The notes under the pieces were generated by a model. It ran no database searches. It was not told where the DNA came from and worked only from the letters and a program-made list of their open reading frames with translations. Below, piece by piece: positions 46,801 through 58,036 of a DNA stretch of 64,000 nucleotides (position 1 is the first letter of the stretch; the number at the start of each line of letters is the position of its first letter). This DNA is from Phyllobates terribilis (taxonomy: Eukaryota), in assembly GCF_046119375.1 (NCBI RefSeq), contig NW_027362767.1, forward strand, positions 410,502,001 to 410,566,000, read 5' to 3'. Both the position numbers and the translations under genes were made by a program.

Positions 46801-49478
46801 TCCAATGCTAGGATGGCATTCTGATGACAGGCTGGATCGCAGCTGAGCGCTGCCATCCAGCTTGTCATCATTCAGAGACACTGAAGAGCGCAAGCATGCC
46901 TACACTCTGCAGTGTCTATGAAGGATGGCATGCTGGATGGCAGCACTCAGCTGCGATCCAGCCTGTCATCTCAATGCCATCTCAGCGTGGGAGAATTCTC
47001 CTGCGCTCACCGCAAGCGCAGCAGAATTCTCCCACGCTGTCAGTGACGTGGATGGCAGCGTTCTGCTGTGGTCCAGCCTGTCATCTCGATGTAGCAGAGC
47101 TGAACCTGTCCTGGGAACCATGGAAAGGTAAGGATGAGGTTGGTTTATTATTTTATTTTTATTGCAGGAGATTGTTGGCTTCAGCTGGAATGGGCGTGAT
47201 GGTAAGTAGAGTTTAATTTAGAACATTAAAGAATTGTGTGTTTATTTCAATTAAAGGACTTTATTCTTGGTGTTTGTGTTTTTTTTTAACTTTCACTATG
47301 AGGTTAGTAATGGGGGTGTCTTATAGACGCCTCTCCATTACTAACCTGGGCTTGATGCCAGCTGGCATTATAAGCTGACATCAACCCCAACCCTATTACC
47401 CCACTGCCACCACTACAGGGCAGTGGGAAGAGTGAGGCTAAGTGCCAGAATTGGCACATCCTATGGATGCGCCATTTCTGGGGCGGCTGACGGCTGGTGT
47501 TTCTAGCCTGGGAGGGGCCCAATATTCATGGCACCCTTCCTGGGCTATTAATATCAGCCCCCAGCTGTCTGCCTAGCCTTTGCTAGCTATTAAAATAGGG
47601 GGGACCCCACGTCATTTTTTTGGGGGTCCCCCATTTTAATAGCTAGTAAAGGCTAGGTATTCAGCTGGGGGCTGATATTAGTGACGCGCCCCCAGGGCCG
47701 TGGGAGTACTCGGCAGCCGGGCCTCTGCGTATGCCGGTGGGGGATATCACGGTGGCCGGCCCGGTCCGTGACCCAGGGCGGTCAGTAAAAAGGGGAATTT
47801 ATAGGGGATTTGGAAAGTTTGTGACGCCGCCAGTGGAATGCGGCAAAAGGGGTGCTGCCGCTGCGGAGCAGTCCTCTGGAGCGGGTGTTACGGCAGCAGG
47901 GATGGTGTGGCTCTCCACAGGTAGAGCTAGCTCCAGGGCAGTGTGGGGTGTTATGGAGGATGCTGGGGAGAGACGGCAGGACGGTCCCGGAGAAAAGACG
48001 GACACTCACACCGGGGTAAGCTTCAGTACCTTTACTGGTGATGGTGCAGGCACGGTACAGGGTACTCCGGGCGAAGGATGCACTTTTGGACTCTCCCCAG
48101 TGAGCGGGTATAGGGCCTCCTGATCCGTGGCTTTTCTTGCTAAGCTTCTGGCCTGCCTGGAACTAGGTCTAGCTTGGTTACTGTCTCTCTCTCCCTTGCA
48201 CCTGCTGACCTGGTGGTAGGGCCTTCTCTTTTGAGATCACACTCCCTGGGCGCTGGGGCCTCCATGACTCCTAGCCCTGGTACTGTTGTCAGCGTTTGGC
48301 AAACCTGGGACCTGTAGTCCTCCAGGGGTTCCGGTGGTCCCTACTGGCTGTAAAGAGTCCCTGTAGGCGCGGACCCGGTGTTCGGTATATATCTCGGGGT
48401 GAGCCTGGTATGCTCCTCTGCCCCCTTGCTACTTCTTCCTTCTCCTCTCTTCCTCTCGCCTTCGGCCACACTCAGGGACCTCACTAGGCCTTCACACGTG
48501 CTGTAGGCCTTGGCTCGCCTAAGCACAGCAGCCAACGTGCTGCCTCTTTGCTGCTCTCTGAGCGTCAGCACGCTCTCAGCTAACTCTGAGCTCTGTTCCT
48601 CTCTGTGTCTGAGCAGGAACTGAACTAACAAGTCACTGAGCTGCCTGGCTCCACCCTCCCTATATATGTCCCTAACGGGCTCCCTCTGCTGGTCTGAGGT
48701 GGTAGGGTGGAGGTGTGTGAATGTGTGAGGGCCTCTTGTGGAGAAGTCCATCCATGCACCCTTCTGGGTTCTGTGGCACCAATGCGCAGCAGGGCGCCAC
48801 ATTAGTAGCCTGGGAAGCTCCGTGGGTATTACACCCTTCCCAGGCTTCAAACATCTGCCCCAGCCATCTGCTTAACCTCCGCTAGAGACTAAAATTACGG
48901 GGAACCCCACGGCAATTTTTTTTTAATAAATCCTTTATTTTAACACTAAATGACAAGTACAGTAATCAACACTATCACTGTACTTCTTATATATGTGACT
49001 GACATGTTTCTATCTATATAATCTATGTGTGATGCTCTATTCTTTCTGTTCTAAATTGTCGGGTACCGATGCTGAATTGCCGGCTGGCTTTTTTAAAGAG
49101 ACAGGTGCATGAAAATATTATTATTTTTTTTTTATAAATCCTTTAACACTAAATGACAAGTACAGTAACCAACACTGTCACTGCACTTCTTATATATGTG
49201 ACTGACATGTTTCTGTATATCTAATCTATGTGTGATGCTCTATTCTTTCTGTTCTAAATTGTCGGGTACCGGTGTATGCCGCTGTTGAATTGCCGTCCGG
49301 CTTTTTTAAAGAGAGTGTCTTCTGAGCAGTTTGTCAGCTTTTGGACACCTTTGAAGGTGTTTTCTATGTGTTTTCTATGTGTTTCTATGTGTTTTTGTTT
49401 GCCTGCCATTGGTTTTAACGGTGTTCGACGGTGTTCTAAGGTGTTCGACGAACAGTTCCACGGGGTGGCTCAACACTA
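43898..49478. mobile_element. Non-autonomous hAT foldback element (5581 bp including the solo LTR)
   Basis: Termini TAGAGATGAGCG and GCTCAACACTA; perfect 8-bp TSD CTCAGGAT (43890-43897 and 49479-49486). Long internal inverted arms. The first about 150 bp match the reverse complement of 7170-7318. Confidence 0.9.
47682..48801 (-). mobile_element. Solo LTR (1120 bp), Gypsy-type
   Basis: On the minus strand it starts TGTGGCGCCC and ends CCCTGGGGCGCGTCA, similar to the ends of the LTR at 7771. 4-bp TSD TTAG (47678-47681 and 48802-48805). It interrupts the right foldback arm, which is continuous in the left arm. Confidence 0.85.
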
Positions 49479-49765
49479 CTCAGGATGCCCACGATGGGCG
49501 GAACTATCGCCAACCTCTGCGCCATCATCCGCCATCTTGGGACTCACATTGCTGGCAGCCATCCTAGGATCGCCATCTTGGTCGGTCATTTTGTTTCGTA
49601 CATTTTTCACCAACTTCAGTTATCTTTGTTTATATTCAGGCGCTTCATCTGCGCCAAGGGCCTTTTTCTTGCGGTCTTTATCCAGCATCTTCTCTCTCTT
49701 GTCACAGGACCTGTTCACCCCGCTGTTTGGATGAGAGGACTTCGCATCCTGCCGACTATGCCAAA

Positions 49766-50737
49766 TGTAACAGGGGGCAGGGTGGTAGACGTGGGCGAGT
49801 GGTACATCTGTTTCAGTGACTTTCTCTTCACCCTGACCTGCTACAGAAATATGGGGACGTGCTTGTCCCTGGGTGTGTGTGTACTGTGGTGCTTCCGTGG
49901 AGGAGACCTAAATACTCACTTCTGACCAGCCGTCCCAGGTGCTGAGTCTTCTAGCCTTCAGAAGGAGAAAACCAGACAAGCTTAAAAATGTAAAAACTTC
50001 TTTACTTGCAGCCATAGTCACATACAGGGAGTAACAAGTGATACAGTCTCTTTGTGATCTCTTCACATACAACAGCACTTTACCAGTGATGAAAGACATG
50101 GACACCGATTTGGATATGAAGATTAACGCCGAATGCGCCAGCTCTATGGGTAACTTCATTCTCTGTCCCACTGCCTGACCTGCTTGGATCCACCTTCCTG
50201 ATGTGGTTGTCCTGTCTCATCACATAAGGTGAAGTTCCTAAATTGACCTCTTCATGTACACCTGTTCTTGTTGTCCCCACTGTCTAGACTGTTCAGACTC
50301 ACCTTCCAGATAAGTTTGTCCAAAAACTCCCAGAATGTGACACATACACACCCTTCTCCTGTACTTTCTCCTGTGTCCTCCTAACAAGTCCTCACTAATC
50401 ACTGTCCCTCACTCAACTAGAACTGCCTGCAATCAGGAAGTGTCTAAGTTCTTCACTGAACCTGCTCCTCCCACACTGGAGCAGCTCCTAAACCACTTAA
50501 CTCTTTCCTTACTTATAACTGCATACTCTGTATGCTATAGTGCCCACCTCTGCACTACTCTTCTACTAATCCAATAGTCTACCTGCACTAACCTACACTG
50601 ACCCTGTAAGTAACCCATCAGACATTAGGTCACATAAACACTCATATATAAACACAGAATAACAGTTCAAATAACAGAACAACACTATGTCCACCAAGAG
50701 GGAAGAGGCGCATGACCATCCCAATCACCCTCTTACA
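49766..50737 (-). repeat. 5' LTR of the CSD-bearing element
   Basis: On the minus strand it is followed by TT and the tRNA-Ser PBS. Confidence 0.9.
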
Positions 50738-52426
50738 CGAGCACTTGAGCATTCAAATTTGCTTGACAACGAGTACCCGAGCATTTTAATGCTCGCTCAT
50801 CACTACATGGCAATGTTACCTATCCACTCTACTCTTGGTTCTGTTCTTCACTATCTACAGTACCTCTACTGTTTCAGAGCCTCTGTACAGTCTTTTTTTT
50901 ACCAGTAAAAATCAAATTGGGAAAGGGGAGAGAGGGAAAGGAGTTGTGAATAAAAATTAACCTTAATTAATTTGATTTAAAATATCATAAATATCATAAG
51001 TGTGGAAAAAAAACCACATACACCCTGTGTGGATGTATATAAGGTCACAGCGGTGGATAAGGTGGCTGTAACCCTGTAAATCCTGGAAATTATAGGACAG
51101 CACAAATTTATATTGCCACAACCAGGGTCCCTTAAATTAGATGGTTGGGTAATAAATCAACCTAGGATTCTGAATTAAACCTATCCCAAGTATGTATATA
51201 TTCTCTATTTAGTGACAACTGCCCTTATTCACAGTGCTATACATTTTGAGCACCTGACACAATCTTGTAAGTACCCATAGATCGCTAGCATCCACTTTAC
51301 TATTAGATGTGCCGATATATTAAAGGTTATTACAATTAAATATCGCCCCTGTGTTGTGTGCGATCATATATCAAGGGTGCGGAGATTGTATCTACATCAC
51401 CACCATTATCATACAGGTCAGGTAGTCAGCCTGACCGTTTAGGTGGATGATAATCCATCCACACCATACCCTCTGACGGGAGCAGTGCGGTCTCCAAAAC
51501 TGATCGCGTGCACGTGGTGCACACGCGGTCTGTGTAAGCAGGAGACGGTAAGGCTCCAGGGAGACGCTATCGCGTTCCACTTAACATATCAGTCATGTCA
51601 GTCAGTCTCTCTGCCCTTATCAATATGTACGTCACTTGACAAATGGTAAGGTTTTAATATTAGAGTTAGGACTGTCCCATAAGGGTTGCCGTGACGAGGC
51701 GGAATAGCTTTTACATTATTTTGATCAAAATTATGTTAACTAAATACCCTTCATTATTTATTATTATTTTTGCACTGTGCGATTTACCCATTTACTTCCA
51801 GTTACTTGGGTATTTTGCTTGTCTTTGGTTTTTTTTATGCAAAAAACAAGCACTTGTACGTTTAGGTTTATGGAAATTTAAAAAAAAAATTGAGCTCTTG
51901 AAACGCATTTAAAAGGATTAAAGTTGCTTTAAACTTAATAGGTTAAAGCTTAGGTTAAAATCTCATCACATTATATCTTAGTTAGGTGTCAGGTGTGATT
52001 AATTAATTTTAATTAGTGATATCCCTCAGAGACCTTCTATACTCGCAATGAAGACTTTTCTGGCTATATATAATGCAGGAGCTACTTTTATGAACAGGTG
52101 ACAGATGATGGGTGGAAACTCAACTGAACTGAATGACTAAGCAAATTCTAGCAGATTATAGACAGTGTGCACCATGGATTGGCTTTGAAAGATGAAAAGT
52201 TAAAAATATCTAGGTAGGACTAGATGTAAAAAGTTCCCGCATCATCGAGAACAAATTAATACTTTTTTTAACATCAGAATAGGAAAATTGCTCATTTTTT
52301 GATGAGTTATATATTTTTCAAAATCTCAAAGATGTGTTATGACTTTAGGTACATAAATGTTAATTAATATGGATTTTCTAATATTATTTGTTTATTATTT
52401 TTTTAAAGGGACTGTCCAGGACTATC

Positions 52427-52469
<43 letters not shown>

Positions 52470-53888
52470 AAATCAGTTGGTATCCTACAGTCTGTGCCCT
52501 CAAATATCAGAAGTTATCTGCTCTGGCGTCAGGTTTACTTTAAAATTATTAAGTTCATTGCTCAACATTAGTGAACAATGGTAAAATGAGCTGTTAGTAA
52601 ACATTTTGGAAAGATTTATAATTGGCTTTTAACCAAAAGTATGTGACTTTTTTTTTGGTTTCTGGTCTGGCAATTTTTCAAAGATGACTATCAAAGTGAG
52701 CAGGGCTGTGCATAATTTTTTGAGACTTACATCTAAAATTGTAGACCACGCTGACGAATGTGAACAGAAGAATTAGATAAAAATTAATACTGCTAAATAA
52801 ATCGAAATATGCTATATTTAATAGATGGCATGGTCATCTTAATACATTTTTTGCACCTTATTATGATGTATATGAGCATAAGATTGGCGTATGAAGCACC
52901 CCCTTTATAACCTAGGAGGCTTCTACAGACCATTTTTAATAGAGAAGGAAGATATACTGTTGAACGGGCTATGCTTCGGTAAATGAAAAGCCTTTTGTGT
53001 TCCAAAACAGTCTATTATTGCTTCAAGGCATTTCGATGCTGGACCAGCGCCTTTCTCAAGGTAAAAAAAACATATTGTCCAGGGTGGAAACGCGTTGGTA
53101 CAATAAAAAATAATTTTGGAATACATAAGACTTCTCGTTTACCACAGCGCAGCTCGTTCAACATTATAACATCCTCCTGTACTATTATTCATGGGGAAGA
53201 AGTATTTCTTCTCCAGCCACGGGGCCGAGCACACAGTTACACGTGTCAACAGGTGTTGTGCATTCACACAACAGCGCATACTCCCACCTTTCACAAACGC
53301 TACCAGGCGATATTGCTCTCTGTGTGTGTGAGCTTTTGGCCCCCAAACAGTTTCACAGGCCATTATTGGCAAAGCACATGTATAAAAATAAATACTGTGA
53401 AATCTCTTTCTGATGAAAACCCTAAATCGCATTGAAAAGTTGTGTTCCAGAGATGGTGCCACCCCAAGAAAAATTTCCACCATATATGAGTACGATATTC
53501 TAAAACTCAAAATTTATTACAAATTAGTTTAGATAAATGGGTGGTCTTCTCAAAGATATGGTCTCTTTGAAAGGGTCCAACAAAACCAAAATGGTGGTCT
53601 ATCCTTACATTCCTGGTAATCCCCACAATTGGCCGATTGAAGGTCGCTGTGGCATTCCATATTCATTTGTATGAGATAAAGTATTGATCTATGCCTCGTA
53701 AATTATGAGGGCCTGTCGTGAGTCAGATACTCGTCAATCTATATTGATGGCCTTTCCTATGGATCAGTCAGTTTAGTAGACCAGGGAACCTTCTTTAATG
53801 GCAATGTAATATCTAATATACTGTATATATTAATGTTTGCTTTATTTTTGAAAAACAGGGTTTTCAATATAAAAAACAAACTTAGAGT

Positions 53889-54844
53889 ATGGAGCAAGGA
53901 AATTGGACCATGGTGACGTATTTCATTATTAAAGGGATATCTGATGTCCCAGAGTTGCAGCTTCCAATATTTCTTCTTGTTCTTCTGATATATCTCATTA
54001 CACTAGGTGGTAACATGACTATTCTAATGGTGGTCTGTCTGGATCGTGTACTCCACACTCCCATGTACTTCTTTTTGGGAAATCTGTCCATAGTGGACAT
54101 GTCTTCTACAACTGCTGCTCTCCATAAGGGACTTCTAATTTTTATCACTGGGGACAGAGTAATTTCATACGTGAGCTGTATATCACAAGTTTATTTTCTG
54201 GGATGGCTCACTAGTGATGAACTTCTGATACTGACAGCCATGAGTTGTGATCGATATGTGGCCATCTGCAACCCCTTGAGATATTCTGTGATCATGAACT
54301 GGAGACTTTGCTGTTGGTTGGCTGTCGCATGTTGGGTGGTGAGCTTTGTAGAAATCACACCTTATGTTATTCTAGTGACAAGCTTTTCCTGCTATAAATC
54401 AAATGTGGTCAATCACTTCTTTTGCGATCTTGTACCCCTCAAGAAACTTGCATGCAAGGTGAACTTTTCATTTGAAATGTTTACAATAATTGAAGGAGTT
54501 TTCATCTTGACCATTCTTCCCCTCTTTCTGACCATTATATCTTACATATTTATTATCAACTCGATATTGAAGATCCAAACCAGTAGAGGAAGACGTAAAG
54601 CCTTCTACACTTGTTCTTCACACCTCACTGTTGTCATTCTTCTCTACACCACTCTGATCAGTCAATACCTAAGTCCAACTTCAAATGATATAGAACACAA
54701 AAAACTTCTCTCTCTCTTCAACATGGTGGCAGTGCCAATGTTAAACCATTGCTTTACAGCCTGAAGAACCGAGATGTAAAGTTGGCCTTACAACGACAGT
54801 TACATCTTTTCAGTAAGAAATGTAATGCTTTTGCATCACGGTAA
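53889..54844 (+). pseudogene. Olfactory receptor with a single 1-bp frameshift in TM7 (or a sequencing error)
   Basis: Open for 291 aa with LHTPMYFFLGNLS, MSCDRYVAICNPLRY, HFFCD and KAFYTCSSHL. Adding one C at 54746-54747 restores PMLNPLLYSLKNRDVKLAL...SR* (stop at 54842-54844). Confidence 0.9.
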
Positions 54845-55884
54845 CACAGTCATTCATTAGCACTGCTGCCTCACTGACTTGGGACTAGATTTTAAATTCA
54901 ATCAAGGGCAACCACATGGATTTTTTATGATCTCACTGTGTTTTGCTGTTCTCCATCTTCTTCCTATATTCTAAAAACATGCCTAAAAGTTACCTGGCTA
55001 TTAAGTAGGCCCTCGTATATGTTCAAAACAATGTAAAATTTGTGCGCAAATAGAGTTGAGAAGTAAAGATTTGCATTGCCCGGGAGACGCGTCCAGTCCA
55101 ATCCTCCATGACATCCAGACCAGGGAAGACTTCACAACAGTGGCCATCATATTCGGCACCTGTAGTGTTTACTAGGCTCTAAGATATCATGAAATTGTGG
55201 TGTCTTATAAACAGAGATACCCATGATGCTAGATGAACCATAATGGAGGCACCCATGATGCTGGCCAGTGAAATGAAGACAACCCTGGTCTGGTGGAAAT
55301 GGAAGACCAGACTGAATGCCAGACCAGAACTGCACAAATATATTTTAGTTAGATAGATACTTCCATGATAACATAACCATGGAATAAGCTGTAATCGGTC
55401 AAAGAACCGCCTCAATGACCCCCCACAGAATGATTAAAACAAAGCACCATCTTCTTTGAATTAGCTGGGCTGCCAATGTAATCATTGAGCTTGTTAGATT
55501 CTCCAGAGACGTTCTCTTCAGCTGCTATAGCTAATAGGTGAGTGCCCTTAAAATTGAGCTCCATCAACTATAGCCCCAATAATGAATAATACTTTTTCAC
55601 AGCCTAACATTTTCAAATACCGTACTTTGAAATGACTCATAATTAGCTAATGCACCAAAGTGTTAAAATTATATAATTTATTTTTTTAATTTAATTTTGT
55701 CTTCTTTTGTTTTCATCATTTAATAATCTTTTAAATATATCAAATCAGGAAATAAGGATTTTTTATTTATTTCAATTATTAGATGCCCTTTGAATGACGT
55801 GTTACTGCAAGTTCCTACTTTGCTCTTCATTTATGAAGCACAGGGGTTTAAGTAAAAAAAATATGAAAAAAACAACCATACAGT

Positions 55885-56510
55885 ATGGAGTAAGGACCAT
55901 GGTGACATATTTCATAATTAAAGGAATATCTGATGTTCCACAGTTGAACCTTCCAATATTTCTTCTTGTTTTTTTTCTGATATGTCTCATTTCTCTTGGT
56001 TCATTATCTGATCAATATGATCATGCTCAATAAAAATCTTATAATTGGTTTGCTTGAATTATAATCTACACATTCGAATCTACCTATTTATCATTGACAT
56101 GGACTGCTCTTTAATTACCCTAATTAACGTTCTTTCAGTAGGATCACTGTAATTAAAGCCATTTCACTTGCAAGTTGTATAGCTCTCATAGCTATTTTTC
56201 TTGCAAAGACTCCTAAGTTTTTAATGTATTGTTCAAATTTTAGGTGTGATCCTTTAGATCCTTGACCCTTTTGCATTGACGCATATTTCAGATACCTTCA
56301 TATTTAACATACAGACTCTAATCAGTAAAGCATAAAGCCTCCAACACATTCCTCATATCTCACAGTTGTTGTTCACCTTCACACCACATCGTTCTACAAT
56401 CCATTCGAGATGTCACAGAAGATAGTTTACAGTATAACAAGTTCTCTATATTTAATACAGCAGTTCCGATGAATAAAATAAAGCAGTAAGATCGACTTTA
56501 AGGAATTGAG
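55885..56510 (+). pseudogene. Heavily decayed olfactory receptor pseudogene
   Basis: The N-terminus MVTYFIIKGISDVPQLNLPIFLLVF is near-identical to the OR at 53889. Later remnants (TGTGATCCTTTAG; AAAGCC..ACACATTCCTCATATCTCACAGTTGTT, resembling KAF.TCSSHLTVV) carry stops and deletions. Confidence 0.8.
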
Positions 56511-57169
56511 CGCTTCAGGTAACTTATTCTTATTTTCTATGTAAATGTATTGATTAACATTAATGAATAGAACAGAATATAAGATATTCATAGACTTTGC
56601 ATTGATTTTTTTATCTGTGACAATCTGAAATGTTTTATCTTTTTGTGTATCTTTCTGGTTATTTTGTTTGGCATCTCAAAATAACCTTATGGTGATAAGA
56701 CCAGTTTTCAACAACCTCATTACAAATGCATGAATAATAATAAGTCGCCTAATTGGTTGAATTCTTGGTATGGGAGGTACATATCCCAGTTAGGCATGGT
56801 AAAGATTAAAGGGTATCAGAGGGTATCAGAAATAAAGATAAGAGTTTGGATTTAGTGTCCTTCGAAGGCAAAAAAAAGTGATTTATTGGAGTCTTAAGCA
56901 CTTGACAGTGATTTACTTTCAATGGAGGTTGAACATGTGTGACTGTTCATGGGATCATAGTGGAATAACGGACTGTCAATAGCCTATGTCTCATGTTTCC
57001 CAACACAGACTCAAGTTTTCAAGAAAAGTTCACTACATACTGCATAATTTTACAGCTCCCAATAAGAACTACAGTAGCTGTAAACATCTAAATGCACCAA
57101 GCTTCTACTAATGGTTATACCAAAAAGGCACTTAACCATCATTGGCTGGATTCTCCAAGACTTCTGAAG

Positions 57170-57325
57170 GTGTCTGGGGTTCAAATCCCACCACAGACAA
57201 TATCTTCAAGGAGTTTGCATGTTCTCCCTGTGCTTGTGTGAGTTTCCTCGGGGTACTTTGGCTTTCTCCCATAGTCCAAAGACATACTGATAGGTAACTT
57301 AGATTCTGAGCCCCAATGGGTATTT
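57170..57325 (+). mobile_element. V-SINE-like tRNA-derived SINE fragment
   Basis: B-box-like GGTTCAAATCCC followed by the V-domain consensus GGAGTTTGCATGTTCTCCC.GTG..TG.GTG.GTTTCCTC.GGGT..TT.GG.TTTCTCCCA.AGTCCAAAGACAT. Confidence 0.7.
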
Positions 57326-58036
57326 TCTAACCGAGGCTCTTGTGAGCAGCTGGCAATAGATGAGGCTTCATGTGGTTATGAGTCATATTCCCATCAATAG
57401 CTGTTGAATGGCAAATATATTATTACATGGCAACACAATATGATAAATGGTCGGGATGAATCTAACATTGTTGGAGCCACTCTTTGTAATGACTGTTTAC
57501 TAAAATTTAAGTACGGAATACCACTTCAAGGGATTATTCAGACGTCCATTGTTGACGTTCGAGTCCTATCTATGGTTTTCACGGACTGTATTCGTACCTA
57601 TGATAGTCTATGGGGCCATTCAAATGTCTGTGATTTTTTTGCGGACTGAGTGGTCCATGTAAAATTGCATGCTCATGTTAGATTTTGATCTTAGTGTCGG
57701 ATAAAAATCAAAAATACAAGTCTATAGGACCTTGAAAAAATCGGATGGCATCCCAGTGCGGTCTGATTTTCATGAACTGTAAAAAAGGAAAAGGTAGAGA
57801 AACTTTCCACATACAAGAAAAACTAATGACACTTGGACTAAACTATGAAAAAAAAATCAGTACATTTTTCTCGCACGTGGAAAATACTGAAGTCTGAATG
57901 AACCCAAACATCCCAGTTTTTACAGTGTGATGTGAGAGATGAATGCATTGGGTTTTGGCTTGTCTGATACCCATACCAATGAGCAAAAGGGGAGGTTTCC
58001 GATCCAAAAAGCTACCTCTCTGACAGAGGTAAAGTA

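Larger units (their letters stand above)
40767..50737 (-). mobile_element. Non-autonomous LTR retroelement (about 4.4 kb without the nested hAT) with no recognisable gag or pol and a cold-shock-domain ORF
   Basis: LTRs at 40767-41709 and 49766-50737 (TG...CA); 4-bp TSD CGAG (40763-40766 and 50738-50741). tRNA-Ser PBS at 49746-49763 (minus strand TGGCATAGTCGGCAGGAT) and PPT at 41710-41724 (minus strand TTTAAGAGGGAGGAA). Confidence 0.88.
28261..50805 (+). mobile_element. Composite hAT family-B element, expanded to 22.5 kb by nested insertions
   Basis: Left terminus TAGTGATGAGCG (28261) and right terminus CGCTCATCACTA (50805). Flanks CATGGCAG (28253-28260) and CATGGCAA (50806-50813) give an 8-bp TSD with 7/8 match. 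Element sequence resumes correctly across each nested insertion. Confidence 0.8.

Noticed and set aside
51470-51515. Hammerhead-like CTGACG..GAG/CTC..AAAAC
   Set aside because: At least two core positions deviate and no stem I or III could be built.
55020-55560. Possible LINE or other coding remnant between the second and third OR
   Set aside because: No diagnostic motif could be read in any frame by eye.
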